Below, one piece after another: positions 1 to 10,102 of a stretch of DNA of 64,000 nucleotides. The notes under the pieces were generated by a model. It searched no databases, was not told the DNA's origin, and saw nothing but the letters and a program-made list of their open reading frames with translations. The stretch covers positions 32,001 through 96,000 of the forward strand of contig OY970393.1 in NCBI GenBank assembly GCA_963720465.1. The letters are read 5' to 3'. The stretch comes from Methanobacteriota archaeon (GTDB lineage: Archaea; Halobacteriota; Bog-38; Methanoflorentales; Methanoflorentaceae). Numbering within the stretch: position 1 is the first letter of the stretch; every line of letters starts with the position of its first letter. Position numbers and translations under genes: made by a program.

Positions 1-284
1 AAGCGGCGCGCAAGGGATTCGGCGACCCGTTCGGCATCTTCTATGCCGTTCGGTCCCGTAAAAGCATTGGCGCTCCCGCTGTTTGCCACCACCGCCAAGA
101 TCTGCTGACTATCGATGAGGTGTTTTCGCGTGACGACGACGGGAGCTGCGGTGACTTTGTTGGTGGTAAACACCCCTGCTGCTTGCCCGCCGCCGGTGAT
201 GACCGCGACGCCGTTTTTGCCCTCCTTGCGACCAGAGGCTTTCACTCCGCGTACAGCGCAGACGCCTCCTTCCACGATGCGCAT
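1..284 (-). CDS. argJ: Bifunctional ornithine acetyltransferase/N-acetylglutamate synthase ArgJ (5' part, runs off the window edge)
   Basis: Not in the ORF track. Manual translation from ATG 284 gives [13 protein letters not shown]...[14 protein letters not shown]...[11 protein letters not shown], the ArgJ N-terminal motifs. ATG overlaps the CBS gene TGA and argC lies nearby. Confidence 0.88.
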   Translation of the reverse strand, partial: MRIVEGGVCAVRGVKASGRKEGKNGVAVITGGGQAAGVFTTNKVTAAPVVVTRKHLIDSQQILAVVANSGSANAFTGPNGIEDAERVAESLARR

Positions 285-757
285 CAACTGCCCTCTGCAA
301 TCCCTCTTATGATATCGCCGCGCGTGACGATTCCGATCAATTGACCAGCTGCGTCGACGACGGGAAGGCGGTTGATTTTGTGTCGTATCATGTGCTCGGT
401 AGCGGTTTCGATATCCGCATCGCCATCGATGGTGTGAACCGGCTTTTTCATGACGCGATCGACCGTCCACTCGCCCACGTCTTCGCTCACCGAGTCTCTC
501 AGCTCGAGGCGCTCGATAATTTCGCGTACCGGAACCTCGATGATCTCGAGGGGGCTCGGGAGCCAGTACCCGGTGTGTTCTGGTATCTCGAGGAGCGAGA
601 GTAGGTCGTTTTCCGTTATGATGCCGACGAGGTTTCTATCAGCCACCACCGGAACGCCGCTTATCTTGTTTTCCCGAAAGAGCTTGATACACTCGCGCAC
701 CGTTGTGCTGGGCGTCACCGAAATGACGGTTGGATTCATGACGTCTACGACTTTCAT
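284..757 (-). CDS. CBS-domain pair protein
   Basis: MKVVDVMNP..., [34 protein letters not shown]. Probable start is ATG 757. Confidence 0.88.
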   Translation of the reverse strand: MKVVDVMNPTVISVTPSTTVRECIKLFRENKISGVPVVADRNLVGIITENDLLSLLEIPEHTGYWLPSPLEIIEVPVREIIERLELRDSVSEDVGEWTVDRVMKKPVHTIDGDADIETATEHMIRHKINRLPVVDAAGQLIGIVTRGDIIRGIAEGS

Positions 758-764
758 TGCTACC

Positions 765-1757
765 TCAGAGTGACAGTGCTGGAGACCAGAGGCCGGTCGT
801 CTCATCGAGACCGAGCATGAGATTCATGTTCTGGATTGCTTGGCCTGACGCGCCCTTCCCCATGTTGTCGATAGCGGAGATGACGACGACGCGGTTTGTC
901 GATGCGTCTCGCTCAATGAACAGGTCGCAAAAATTCGTGCCGCGGACCGACCCGAGCGACGGAACGTTGAACCGAATGAACGGACTGTTGGCGTAGAACG
1001 CTTCGTAAAGTGATCGGATCCGATCTTCATCGAGTTCAGCGTTGGTGAAGATGTGCGCGGTCGTGAGAATGCCTCGAATGGACGGGATAATGTGAGGCGT
1101 GAAGTTCACGGCGACGTTTCCAAGTCGCTGGAGCTCTTGAACGATCTCGGCTTTGTGCCGGTGTTTAGTTAGTTGATAAGGGACTACGTTCTCAGCCAAG
1201 TTAGGATAGTGCGACGCCTCCGTTGGAGCGGCCCCTGCGCCCGAGATCCCGGACTTGGAATCGAATACTGCGTGATCGACGAGTCTTGCTTTGACGAGTG
1301 GCGCTGCAGCTAAGATTGCGCCCGTAGGGTAGCAGCCGGGGTTGGCGCACAGGTCGGCGTCGGCAACCTCGGGGTGCAACTCGGGCAGCCCGTAGACGGC
1401 GTCTCGAGGATCGGTGTGCGGGCCGTACACCTCCGCATAGTTCCGTCCGAGGCGATAGTCGGCGCTGAGGTCAATAATGCGAACCTCATCGATGAGATCC
1501 GGCACGATTCCCATTGCGGCCCCGTGGGGGACCGCGAGAAACACGACGTCCGATTGTTCGGCAACTACCTTCGCTTCGGCGTTTACAAATCGGAGTTCAT
1601 AAAATCCCTTTAGATAGCGATGAGCATCGGCGACAGGAACACCATTGAGCGCCCGCGAAGTCACAATAGTGACGTCGACGTCTGGATGCCGAACAAGCAA
1701 TCTCAGTAATTCTCCGCCAGTGTAGCCAGATCCGCCTATTATTCCAACTCTGATCAT
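765..1757 (-). CDS. argC: N-acetyl-gamma-glutamyl-phosphate reductase
   Basis: GGSGYTGGEL Rossmann motif, IDLSADYR, ANPGCYPT active site, SGISGAG, DNMGKGASGQA. Confidence 0.97.
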   Translation of the reverse strand: MIRVGIIGGSGYTGGELLRLLVRHPDVDVTIVTSRALNGVPVADAHRYLKGFYELRFVNAEAKVVAEQSDVVFLAVPHGAAMGIVPDLIDEVRIIDLSADYRLGRNYAEVYGPHTDPRDAVYGLPELHPEVADADLCANPGCYPTGAILAAAPLVKARLVDHAVFDSKSGISGAGAAPTEASHYPNLAENVVPYQLTKHRHKAEIVQELQRLGNVAVNFTPHIIPSIRGILTTAHIFTNAELDEDRIRSLYEAFYANSPFIRFNVPSLGSVRGTNFCDLFIERDASTNRVVVISAIDNMGKGASGQAIQNMNLMLGLDETTGLWSPALSL

Positions 1758-1942
1758 CGATCCCCATTAGAGCTGATCTTAGAAAGCCTTTTTCGTCACG
1801 TGAGCGCGTCACGGACACCGCCAAACGTCATAAGCGCCGATTTGCGGATGGCTAAATGACACCTTGCTTCAACAAGCTTCGTTATCGAGCGCGCAGTGAG
1901 CAGAGGAGCTACAAAAGATAAGCCAAAAAAAGATGTCAGTTC

Positions 1943-3556
1943 TTAAACCCTTCTTAGCAACAGGTACAGAACACCGACGAGGAGCGTTGGAGCTCCTAGC
2001 CCCAGTAGAGAGAACTCAAACACGGACTGCGCGGGCAAGGTGGCTGTGGTGCCCGTTTGGGCTCCCGGCAAGCTCATACTCGCCACTGAGCCATTCTGTG
2101 ACAGCGCAGATGCTTCGGCTGCTATCGCAGACGCTTCTCCAAACGCGTTTGACGAGACTGCTGGCACTAGCAATGAAGGGCTGTACACTAAACACTTCTG
2201 CGACGCGCTAAGCAGACACGTGCGTTGGGATGGTGGCGCACTGCAGTTCTCAGGGTCTGCACTTAGCGCCATTTTTCCAGCGGCCAGCTGCGTAGCATTT
2301 GTCGGCGACGGGCTTGATTGGGGTTTTTCAGTGGAGCTTGCAGCAACTTCACTCGAGTGCTTTGATTGTGAGGCGACAACTGTGGGGGTAGCAGGGGTCG
2401 GCTTCGCTTGTGTCGGAGGCACTGGACTGACGGTCGGATCACTTGGGGTTCCGTTCGTCGCTGAGTTCGTCGTTGAGTTCGTCGTTGAGTTCGTCGCTGA
2501 GTTCGTCGCTGAGTTCGTCGCTGAGTTCGTCGTTGAGTTCGTCGTTGAGTTCGTCGCTGAGTTCGTCGCTGAGTTCGTCGCTGAGTTCGTCGCTGAGTTC
2601 GTCGTTGAGTTCGTCGCTGAGTTCGTCGCTGAGTTCGTCGCTGAGTTCGTCGTTGAGTTCGTCGCTGAGTTCGTCGTTGAGTTCGTCGCTGAGTTCGTCG
2701 CTGAGTTCGTCGTTGAGTTCGTCGCTGAGTTCGTCGTTGAGTTCGTCGCTGAGTTCGTCGTTGAGTTCGTCGCTGAGTTCGTCGCTGAGTTCGTCGCTGA
2801 GTTCGTCGCTGAGTTCGTCGCTGAGTTCGTCGCTGAGTTCGTCGCTGAGTTCGTCGCTGAGTTCGTCGCTGAGTTCGTCGCTGAGTTCGTCGTTGAGTTC
2901 GTCGCTGAGTTCGTCGTTGAGTTCGTCGCTGAGTTCGTCGTTGAGTTCGTCGCTGAGTTCGTCGTTGAGTTCGTCGCTGAGTTCGTCGTTGAGTTCGTCG
3001 CTGAGTTCGTCGCTGAGTTCGTCGCTGAGTTCGTCGTTGAGTTCGTCGTTGAGTTCGTCGCTGAGTTCGTCGCTGAGTTCGTCGCTGAGTTCGTCGCTGA
3101 GTTCGTCGCTGAGTTCGTCGTTGAGTTCGTCGCTGAGTTCGTCGCTGAGTTCGTCGCTGAGTTCGTCGCTGAGTTCGTCGCTGAGTTCGTCGCTGAGTTC
3201 GTCGCTGAGTTCGTCGCTGAGTTCGTCGCTGAGTTCGTCGCTGAGTTCGTCGTTGAGTTCGTCGCTGAGTTCGTCGCTGAGTTCGTCGCTGAGTTCGTCG
3301 CTGAGTTCGTCGCTGAGTTCGTCGCTGAGTTCGTCGTTGAGTTCGTCGCTGAGTTCGTCGCTGAGTTCGTCGCTGAGTTCGTCGCTGAGTTCGTCGTTGA
3401 GTTCGTCGTTGAGTTCGTCGTTGAGTTCGTCGCGCTTGTTTGTAGCGTTCTTTGGACGTTTTGTGCGCTGGGCAAAGAAGCAAGAGCTGGAGCGATAGTA
3501 AATGCTATCAACACTATGAAAATCGCTACGATCGGAACGATACGCTTAATCGCCAT
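1943..3556 (-). CDS. Secreted Asn/Ser/Thr-repeat (mucin-like) surface glycoprotein with a PEF-CTERM-like anchor
   Basis: N-terminal signal peptide, ~81 NS[A/T]T repeats, 3 Cys, and C-terminal VFEFSLLGLGAPTLLVGVLYLLLRRV, nearly identical to the PEF tail of 4109-4822. Confidence 0.8.
   Translation of the reverse strand: MAIKRIVPIVAIFIVLIAFTIAPALASLPSAQNVQRTLQTSATNSTTNSTTNSTTNSATNSATNSATNSATNSTTNSATNSATNSATNSATNSATNSATNSTTNSATNSATNSATNSATNSATNSATNSATNSATNSATNSATNSTTNSATNSATNSATNSATNSATNSTTNSTTNSATNSATNSATNSTTNSATNSTTNSATNSTTNSATNSTTNSATNSTTNSATNSATNSATNSATNSATNSATNSATNSATNSATNSATNSTTNSATNSTTNSATNSTTNSATNSATNSTTNSATNSTTNSATNSATNSATNSTTNSATNSATNSATNSATNSTTNSTTNSATNSATNSATNSTTNSTTNSATNGTPSDPTVSPVPPTQAKPTPATPTVVASQSKHSSEVAASSTEKPQSSPSPTNATQLAAGKMALSADPENCSAPPSQRTCLLSASQKCLVYSPSLLVPAVSSNAFGEASAIAAEASALSQNGSVASMSLPGAQTGTTATLPAQSVFEFSLLGLGAPTLLVGVLYLLLRRV
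2453..3433. repeat. Coding tandem repeat, 12-bp unit GAGTTCGTCG[C/T]T, ~81 copies
   Basis: Directly visible. Only one position varies (C/T). Copy number is a manual count. Confidence 0.98.
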
Positions 3557-3645
3557 TATGGTTAATGCATCTTAGCTATCTGCCGCTAAATATCTTTCGT
3601 TTTGTAAAAAATAAAAAAAGACCGGACGATCGGCGTCCGTGTCAC

Positions 3646-3900
3646 CTACAAAAGTTGAAGAACGATGTTTGCAAGATTCACTTGACTCGGGCTCGTAAAT
3701 GCCGTTGAAGGGTCAAGGATCGAGAGCGGCCCGCTCTGAGTCGGAGCGCTCTGCGGCGCCGAAGCGGGAGTATTAACAGTCATAACATCGTTGCCGTAGT
3801 GGACTTGACAAGTGGGGCAGTACGCAGCTGACACTTGGAATGAAAGCACCATGATAACAACTCCGATTAGGAGCGTCATCACTATTTGCCTCGGTTTCAA
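3646..3900 (-). CDS. Small secreted protein with CxxC (YCPTCQVH)
   Basis: GGAGG RBS upstream, hydrophobic signal peptide ending VSA, CPTC directly after the predicted cleavage site. Confidence 0.6.
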   Translation of the reverse strand: MKPRQIVMTLLIGVVIMVLSFQVSAAYCPTCQVHYGNDVMTVNTPASAPQSAPTQSGPLSILDPSTAFTSPSQVNLANIVLQLL

Positions 3901-4108
3901 CGAATTACCTCCTGTGCCCCCGTGGGGGCGCTATTGGCATTACCGAGTGAAATCTTTTAGCGTTGTATAAATAGCTTCTCTTTTGCTTCCGTTGTTTCCA
4001 TTGGAGCAATTGAGCTAAAGATGTTTTTTCGCCAGAACAAAGCGATCGCTGACCAAACTGGCGTTGCGGAACAAAAAGGAATAAAAAAGGGTTAAAAGAA
4101 TAACCCTA

Positions 4109-4822
4109 TTAACGTCTTCTCAAGAACAGGTATATAGCGCCTACCACTATTGCAGGGGCACCCAGTCCGAGCAGTGAAAATTCTGGGACTGTCTGCGTTG
4201 AAGTAGTTGGCGTTTGGGTTGCTGTAACCACTTGAATCGATGGCTGCGTGGCGGGCTTTGCTGCCGTCACAACCTTAGGCGTTGCTACAACCTTAACTAC
4301 CGCCTTAGGCGTTGCTACAACCTTAGCTACAGCCTTAGGCGTTGCGACAGGCGTTGCGACAGGAGTCGGCGTCGCTTTTACAACAGCTGGCGTTGCGACA
4401 GGAGTCGGCGTCGCTTTTACAACAGCTGGCGTTGCGACAGGAGTCGGCGTCGCTTGCGCGACTTTAGGCGTTGAGGAGCCCTGGGCTGCTTGGATGGCTG
4501 CGACGATCTGTGCTTCGGTGACAGAGCCCGTAAGAGTCTGTCCTCCTTGAATGACTATCGTTGGTGTTTCAGTAACGCCATTTGCTTGTGCGATCCCGGC
4601 TCCTGGTGACGTACTTACGTCATAATAAGTGACCTGCACGCCGGTCTGCGCAGCCGCTTGTTCCATAAGCGGCTTCACCGCTGCGCAGACGCCGCACATG
4701 GGCGACTCGAAGAACAGCACTTGAATGTTGCTTGTTTGGGCCGACGCAACTGCCACTCCCGAAAATGCCACGCATGCGATAAGGACTGTTGATAACGCTA
4801 ATAAGCCAATTTGCTTTTTCAT
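4109..4822 (-). CDS. Surface-anchored thioredoxin-fold protein with Pro/Ala/Thr stalk and PEF-CTERM
   Basis: Signal peptide, CGVC, cis-Pro-like ETPTIVI, repeated ATPTPVATP/ATPKAVVKV, VPEF-TM-RRR tail. Confidence 0.8.
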   Translation of the reverse strand: MKKQIGLLALSTVLIACVAFSGVAVASAQTSNIQVLFFESPMCGVCAAVKPLMEQAAAQTGVQVTYYDVSTSPGAGIAQANGVTETPTIVIQGGQTLTGSVTEAQIVAAIQAAQGSSTPKVAQATPTPVATPAVVKATPTPVATPAVVKATPTPVATPVATPKAVAKVVATPKAVVKVVATPKVVTAAKPATQPSIQVVTATQTPTTSTQTVPEFSLLGLGAPAIVVGAIYLFLRRR

Positions 4823-4978
4823 CTATTTTTGGCACCTCTTCGTGATGGTTGTCTTCCTTACGTATACTAAGCATTGCCGATTTATCTTATAAATAATGAT
4901 CGATTTCGACCAAATCCGAAAATCAAGCGTGAACTGCGCAGGTCTTATAGAAAGAAAAGAACGCCATATTGCACACAT

Positions 4979-5860
4979 TCAGACTGCATCGGACCGGTTG
5001 AAGAAGTAGTAAGCCAGTATCAACGGAACGACGATCGAGGCGATAAGGAAAATCACGTTCGCCGTATAATCAAGTCCTGAAGTCAGCTTGAAGAAGTCTC
5101 CGGCGAGCGACTGGATAGCGACGTTGTGGCTTCCAGGATTGATCCAAACCAATATTTTCGCGTACCCAGGGAACTCCGTGTAAGGGATGTCTGAAGTGGG
5201 GCTTAGATTTATCGCACCTAGTCCGAGTGCGACGCCTGCATAGGTGAATATCAGGAGCAGGATCCAGACAAATACGGCGCCAAGCAATGAGTCGAGGCTC
5301 GTGCGCGTCAAGCTTGAGATCAGGAGCCCTATCGCGATGAAGGACATAACGTACAACAATATGATGCCCATAGAGAGGATCAGATAGCCTACGTCGCTCG
5401 AGCTTGGAAATGTCCGCGTGGTGATCGAGAGACCGATATACAGCACAAGCGTCGTGATGACAAACAGTCCGCCTGCGGCTGTGAGATAAGCAACGAACTT
5501 GCCAAAAAGTATCGTTCTGCGTGTAATGGGTCGCACTACGAGCTGTACCAGCGTCCGTGCTGACCGCTCACCGCTCAGGGCGTCGTAGGAAAGCGCAAGC
5601 GCGAGTATCGTCAGAACAATTTCGCTATATGAATACGACACACTAATCGCATAGTTGACTGGCTGCGTGGCGGGATTTGGCGCCCCGCTTATTTGCGAAA
5701 TCCCTCGTGCGACATCGGCATTGCCATAGTACGCGCCGACAAGCGCAAGCAACACAAATATGACTCCAAAGATGATGAAGCGCTTCGTCTTCACCGCGGA
5801 CTCAAAATCCTTTTGCGCGATGGCAAGAAACTTGTACGCAGACTCCGTGAACTCACTCAA
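4979..5860 (-). CDS. ABC transporter permease (ABC-2/NosY-like)
   Basis: Multi-TM protein with YDALSGERSARTL...RPITRRTILFGKF, coupled to an ATPase gene. Confidence 0.85.
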   Translation of the reverse strand: MSEFTESAYKFLAIAQKDFESAVKTKRFIIFGVIFVLLALVGAYYGNADVARGISQISGAPNPATQPVNYAISVSYSYSEIVLTILALALSYDALSGERSARTLVQLVVRPITRRTILFGKFVAYLTAAGGLFVITTLVLYIGLSITTRTFPSSSDVGYLILSMGIILLYVMSFIAIGLLISSLTRTSLDSLLGAVFVWILLLIFTYAGVALGLGAINLSPTSDIPYTEFPGYAKILVWINPGSHNVAIQSLAGDFFKLTSGLDYTANVIFLIASIVVPLILAYYFFNRSDAV

Positions 5861-6783
5861 CGCGTTCTTCCTCCCATCTTGCGAACATATGCCTCTTCGA
5901 GCGACGGCGATTCGCGCAGGGAGCGCAAACGGCCTCCTGCGCGCGTGATTACATAGTTTACGTCCTCGTTGATGCCAGGGCGGTACTCAAGACTTATCTT
6001 GAGCCCTTCGCATTGGATCGATTTGACGCCTTTCACGGATCTTATGGCCTGGAGAATGCGTTCGTTTATGTTGGCGACGTCGGCTTCGAGTTGCACGGTT
6101 TTGCCGCGCACGTCCGCCACGAAGTCTTTAGTCGTGGTCGGCGCAGCAACGTGCCCGGCCCTCATTGTTGCCACCACGTCGCATATTTCTGCGATATCTC
6201 TAACGTTGTGCGTGGCGAGAAACAGCGTGACGTCATGGACGTTGAGTTCGTGTATGAGCGCCATTATGTCGCGCCGTCCCTGGGGGTCAAGCCCCGTGCT
6301 GGGTTCATCAAGAATAAGCAATTCTGGCTCGTTTAGCATCGCTGCAGCGATGCCGAGTCGCTTCCGATCGCCAAGTGAATAGGCGCTGACGAGGGTTGTC
6401 TCCTTACCCTCAAGTCCTGCTAGGTTAAAGAGCTTCTCAATCTTCTCTTCGCGCTCTTCGCGCACGTTCGAGAGATTGGCAAAGAATTTGAGGTTCCTTT
6501 CCGCGGAGAAATTGCCGTAGAAGCCTGGGCGCTCAGGCAGGTACCCGATCCTGTGTCGCACCTCGTGAAACTGTGCGGGGATCTCGCGATCGAGTGTTTT
6601 GATCGTTCCAGCGCTGGGCTGAATGAAATTAAGCAGCATGTTGATGATGCTTGATTTGCCGGCGCCGATCGGTCCCAGAAGCCCGAATGCGGTTCCTTGT
6701 GGCACTGTGAAGCTTGCGTCTTCGACGGCAACAACGCCCTTCTTATAGCGCTTTGTAAGCCCTTGGACCTCTATCGCGTTCAT
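5857..6783 (-). CDS. ABC transporter ATP-binding protein
   Basis: Walker A GPIGAGKS, signature YSLGDRKR, Walker B LILDEP, H-loop. Probable start is ATG 6783. Confidence 0.93.
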   Translation of the reverse strand: MNAIEVQGLTKRYKKGVVAVEDASFTVPQGTAFGLLGPIGAGKSSIINMLLNFIQPSAGTIKTLDREIPAQFHEVRHRIGYLPERPGFYGNFSAERNLKFFANLSNVREEREEKIEKLFNLAGLEGKETTLVSAYSLGDRKRLGIAAAMLNEPELLILDEPSTGLDPQGRRDIMALIHELNVHDVTLFLATHNVRDIAEICDVVATMRAGHVAAPTTTKDFVADVRGKTVQLEADVANINERILQAIRSVKGVKSIQCEGLKISLEYRPGINEDVNYVITRAGGRLRSLRESPSLEEAYVRKMGGRTR

Positions 6784-6926
6784 GATAGCCCACCGCTCAG
6801 AGCGGTCGTATGCATGCAAGACCAGATACTATTATATAAACTAGGCGTATTGAAGCGTGAGCTAGCCCTTCGCTAGGCGACACTCTGACGCATCGGTGCT
6901 GCTGAGAGGAAACAAACGGTCTCGAG

Positions 6927-7214
6927 TTATCCATACTCCTTGAATATCCGATCGACTGCTTTTGACGTCGCTGCCTCCTCATCTGCGTAGCGCGTCCGCA
7001 GATCTAGCTCGAAAAGGCGCAGTGACAAGTCAGTCTTGACAGCCACATATTCTTTGATTAGGGCCGCGACGCTGTCACCGAGGCTACCTTGGAGTGATCC
7101 AAGCAGGGCGCCCTCTCGCTCTTTCAGCTTCTTGATCTCGGCCTCGTACTCCCGTATGAGATCGAGCAAGTCCTCTGCAACTTCCTCCTCAGCGTAGTTT
7201 CTATCTTGAATCAT
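6927..7214 (-). CDS. Hypothetical coiled-coil protein
   Basis: 95-aa acidic helical ORF, no recognisable motif. Confidence 0.55.
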   Translation of the reverse strand: MIQDRNYAEEEVAEDLLDLIREYEAEIKKLKEREGALLGSLQGSLGDSVAALIKEYVAVKTDLSLRLFELDLRTRYADEEAATSKAVDRIFKEYG

Positions 7215-7511
7215 AGTCTGACGTATAAATTGATTGATTTAAATCCTTTGGGGGATGCGTTGCCGTTCGTTCGACCACACTGCACGTGAGGGACTAGTAG
7301 TCTTCTGCCTGCAGCGGCGTCGCCGCGAGGTGCGAACAACGGATGCCAGTTCCTTGAGACACGGTTTTGTCGTTTCTGCCTCACACGAATCGCGAATTGC
7401 GTAAAATCATATATAAATAGCATCGTCGATGAAGCAATCATGCGTGGAGCCCGATTTCATCGGCAGGACTGCAGGAAACCGAAGCCCATCAGGCCTAGCT
7501 AGGAGATTGTT

Positions 7512-8558
7512 ATGCGCCTTTTGAAGAAATCTCTCGTGAAGCTTGAGGGTGAAATCACTCTTCTTCCCGAGTCAATCGATGATCTGTGGCATTTGAGGCA
7601 CCTCGTTGAGAAGGGTGACCTCGTCTTTGCGCTCACCTTTCGAAAAGTTGAAAGCGCGAGCGACAAGTTGCGGCCGGAGAAGACGGAGCGAAAACCCATG
7701 CGTCTTGGCGTGCGCGTCGATTCGGTCGAGTTTCATCGGTTTGCCAACCGTCTCCGCATTAGCGGGATCATCGAGTCCGGCCAAGACGTGGGTTCACATC
7801 ACACGCTAAGTATCGAACCGCTGCGAGACCTTTCGATAATCAAGCGGTGGCGACGAGACCAGATAGATCGCATCACAAAAGCGATACAGGAATCAAATCG
7901 CCCTGAAATCGCCATCGTTACGATTGAGTCAGGACAAGCGCATATTGGCGTGCTGCGGCAGTATGGCATTGAGGAGGTAGCAAGCATATCGCAAAGTGCC
8001 GGTAAGCTGGACGAAAGCTCACAACCGGAGTTCTTTGTGCAGATATACAATCAGTTGCTCAATACAGATGCTGATGACTACATTGTCGCTGGCCCAGGGT
8101 TTATTAAAGACGATTTTGTTCGGTTCGCGATACAGAAGGACAATAGTTTTCCAGATCGGCTCATCGTCGAAAACACAACGTCAGTTGGTATTTCTGGCTT
8201 TCAAGAGGTGCTGCGGCGCGGCGCCGTAGACAGGCTCATCACGGATGCCCACTTGGTGCGTGAGGCGCGCCTGATCGACGCTCTGCTTCGGGAGATCGCC
8301 GTCAACGGTAAAGCAGCATACGGAATGGCCGAGGTCGCGAAAGCGCATGAATGGGGCGCCATCGACACGCTACTCATAAGCGACGAGACCTTACGAGGCG
8401 AACGGGAAAAGGGAACGGCCATCGATGACCTCCTGACGGCAGTTAGTAATTCGAATGGCCACGTGGTCGTTTTTAGCACCGAGTTCGAGCCGGGAAAGCG
8501 CTTAGAGAAACTAGGGGGCATCGCCGCGCTATTGCGGTTCAAATTGCAGGACGGATAA
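7512..8558 (+). CDS. pelA: mRNA surveillance protein pelota
   Basis: PESIDDLWHL, GSHHTL, VAGPGFIK, AYG, EPGKRLEKLGGIAALLRF (eRF1-family architecture). Confidence 0.96.
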   Translation: MRLLKKSLVKLEGEITLLPESIDDLWHLRHLVEKGDLVFALTFRKVESASDKLRPEKTERKPMRLGVRVDSVEFHRFANRLRISGIIESGQDVGSHHTLSIEPLRDLSIIKRWRRDQIDRITKAIQESNRPEIAIVTIESGQAHIGVLRQYGIEEVASISQSAGKLDESSQPEFFVQIYNQLLNTDADDYIVAGPGFIKDDFVRFAIQKDNSFPDRLIVENTTSVGISGFQEVLRRGAVDRLITDAHLVREARLIDALLREIAVNGKAAYGMAEVAKAHEWGAIDTLLISDETLRGEREKGTAIDDLLTAVSNSNGHVVVFSTEFEPGKRLEKLGGIAALLRFKLQDG

Positions 8559-8606
8559 CGCGTGTCGACGACCCACGCACATATCGTGCAGGCCTTTCCG
8601 GCTGAC

Positions 8607-9191
8607 TCAATACTCTTCGCATTTTAGCTGGTAATAGGCCCGGTCGTGGTCGCAAGCGGGACACTTTTCGGGAGGTTCTTGACCAACGTGCACGTAGCCG
8701 CATTCTCGGCACACCCACTCTACCTTCCGATCCTTCTTGAAGAAGGTGCCTGCTTCCACTTGTGCAAGCATTTTCTTGTTTCTCTCTTCGTGGTGAGCTT
8801 CGGCTACGCCGATTGCCCGTAGCCTTTTAGCGATTTCAGGTAATCCTTCGCTGTCGGCTACATCAGCGAATTCGGGATACATCGTGGTTGTTTCGTAGTG
8901 CTCACCTGCTATTGTCGCTCTGAGATTCGCTGCTGTGTCGCCCAGCGCTGTGTCGACGGTAGCCTCTATGTGTATTTCGTCAGCGTTTCCTGCAGCGCCC
9001 GCTTTGAGGGCGTTGATCAGCTTGAGATTCCAGCTCGCGTGCTCGCGTTCATTGTCTGCTGTCGTGAGTAACGCGTCGGCAATCTGTTCATAGCCCTCCT
9101 TCTTCGCGATCTTGGCGAATGACGTGTACCGATTTCGCGCCATGCTTTCGCCAGCGAAGGCTTTTGCAAGATTTTCCAATGTTCTTTGCAT
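8607..9191 (-). CDS. rbr: Rubrerythrin
   Basis: AFAGESMARNRY, NEREHA, GEHYE, EAHHE, C-terminal CRECG...CPAC. Confidence 0.95.
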   Translation of the reverse strand: MQRTLENLAKAFAGESMARNRYTSFAKIAKKEGYEQIADALLTTADNEREHASWNLKLINALKAGAAGNADEIHIEATVDTALGDTAANLRATIAGEHYETTTMYPEFADVADSEGLPEIAKRLRAIGVAEAHHEERNKKMLAQVEAGTFFKKDRKVEWVCRECGYVHVGQEPPEKCPACDHDRAYYQLKCEEY

Positions 9192-9493
9192 TGTTTTACC
9201 TCAGTGCTCTCAATACCAGCAACGCTTATATAAACAAGGCTGCAGCGACGACCGCAGCTCCTTTCTTCTGACAGAGCGCGGCTTGCAACGGCAGCTAATG
9301 TCACGACCATCATTATAGCAAGAGCCCTATAACCCAGAAAGCAGGCGTGCAAACCGCTGTATAGCGTGACCGCGCGATCGCGTCATTGATCGGCTCTGGT
9401 TCGCGCTTCCATTTTTGAGCTCGGCGGGGTCACGTCGGCGATTAGTAAAAAAAATCGAAGCTGCAAAGGCCCCCCTTTTCGTCGGTGCGTAGG

Positions 9494-10066
9494 CTACTCC
9501 GAAAAGTCTACAGTGATTATTCCCGTCTTTAACTGGTGAGCTTCGCTTTCAGAGAGCGCTCTATGCTGGGCTCGCGGCGAAATAATAGCGCTGTTACCAA
9601 ACGGGTCATCTATAACAAGGGTCATCATTCCTTCGCCCCGTCGCACGGCATCGATCCTCTCAAGCAGTTGGTTCCCCAGCTCGAACTTTGTGGGATCGTC
9701 CGACGACCACTTGGTGGCCATTCGGATGACCTCTTGTACTCTGCAGAGCACACCTTCCACGTTGGAAATAAAAGCCTCTGATGCGGAGCCTGGTTCGATA
9801 GTCACGCCTAGTTCAGGAATCTGCACGGTGCCGGATGACGACCTGATCACGCGAGTCGCAAAGTCATCGCTGTCAAATTCCAATTGATAGCGTGCGGCTT
9901 CGCGTTCGCGAAGCGATATTGTGTCTGCGTACTTGAAACCACACCCGCAGCTCGCACTTACGAGCATTATTTCGCCGAAAAAGGGTATCTCGTCGGTATT
10001 GAACCTGAAGGCGAGCTCGTGTGCGCATAGAGGGCACGTGCTCACGATCGATGTCTGCTGTGTCAT
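9494..10066 (-). CDS. ZPR1-type zinc finger protein
   Basis: CPLC, IPFFGE, CGCGFK, RVIRSSSG, IPELG, SNVEG, DDPFGNSAI. Confidence 0.92.
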   Translation of the reverse strand: MTQQTSIVSTCPLCAHELAFRFNTDEIPFFGEIMLVSASCGCGFKYADTISLREREAARYQLEFDSDDFATRVIRSSSGTVQIPELGVTIEPGSASEAFISNVEGVLCRVQEVIRMATKWSSDDPTKFELGNQLLERIDAVRRGEGMMTLVIDDPFGNSAIISPRAQHRALSESEAHQLKTGIITVDFSE

Positions 10067-10102
10067 ACTTAAAAATGGTGGCGTGACGCGGGCTTGTCGA
10101 AA

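Noticed and set aside
2453-3433. CRISPR array, and the long alternative-frame ORFs (poly-RRTQ, poly-SSSL, EFVA)
   Set aside because: No unique spacers. The alternative ORFs exist only because the 12-mer lacks stops in those frames. Only the NS[A/T]T frame has a signal peptide and an anchor.
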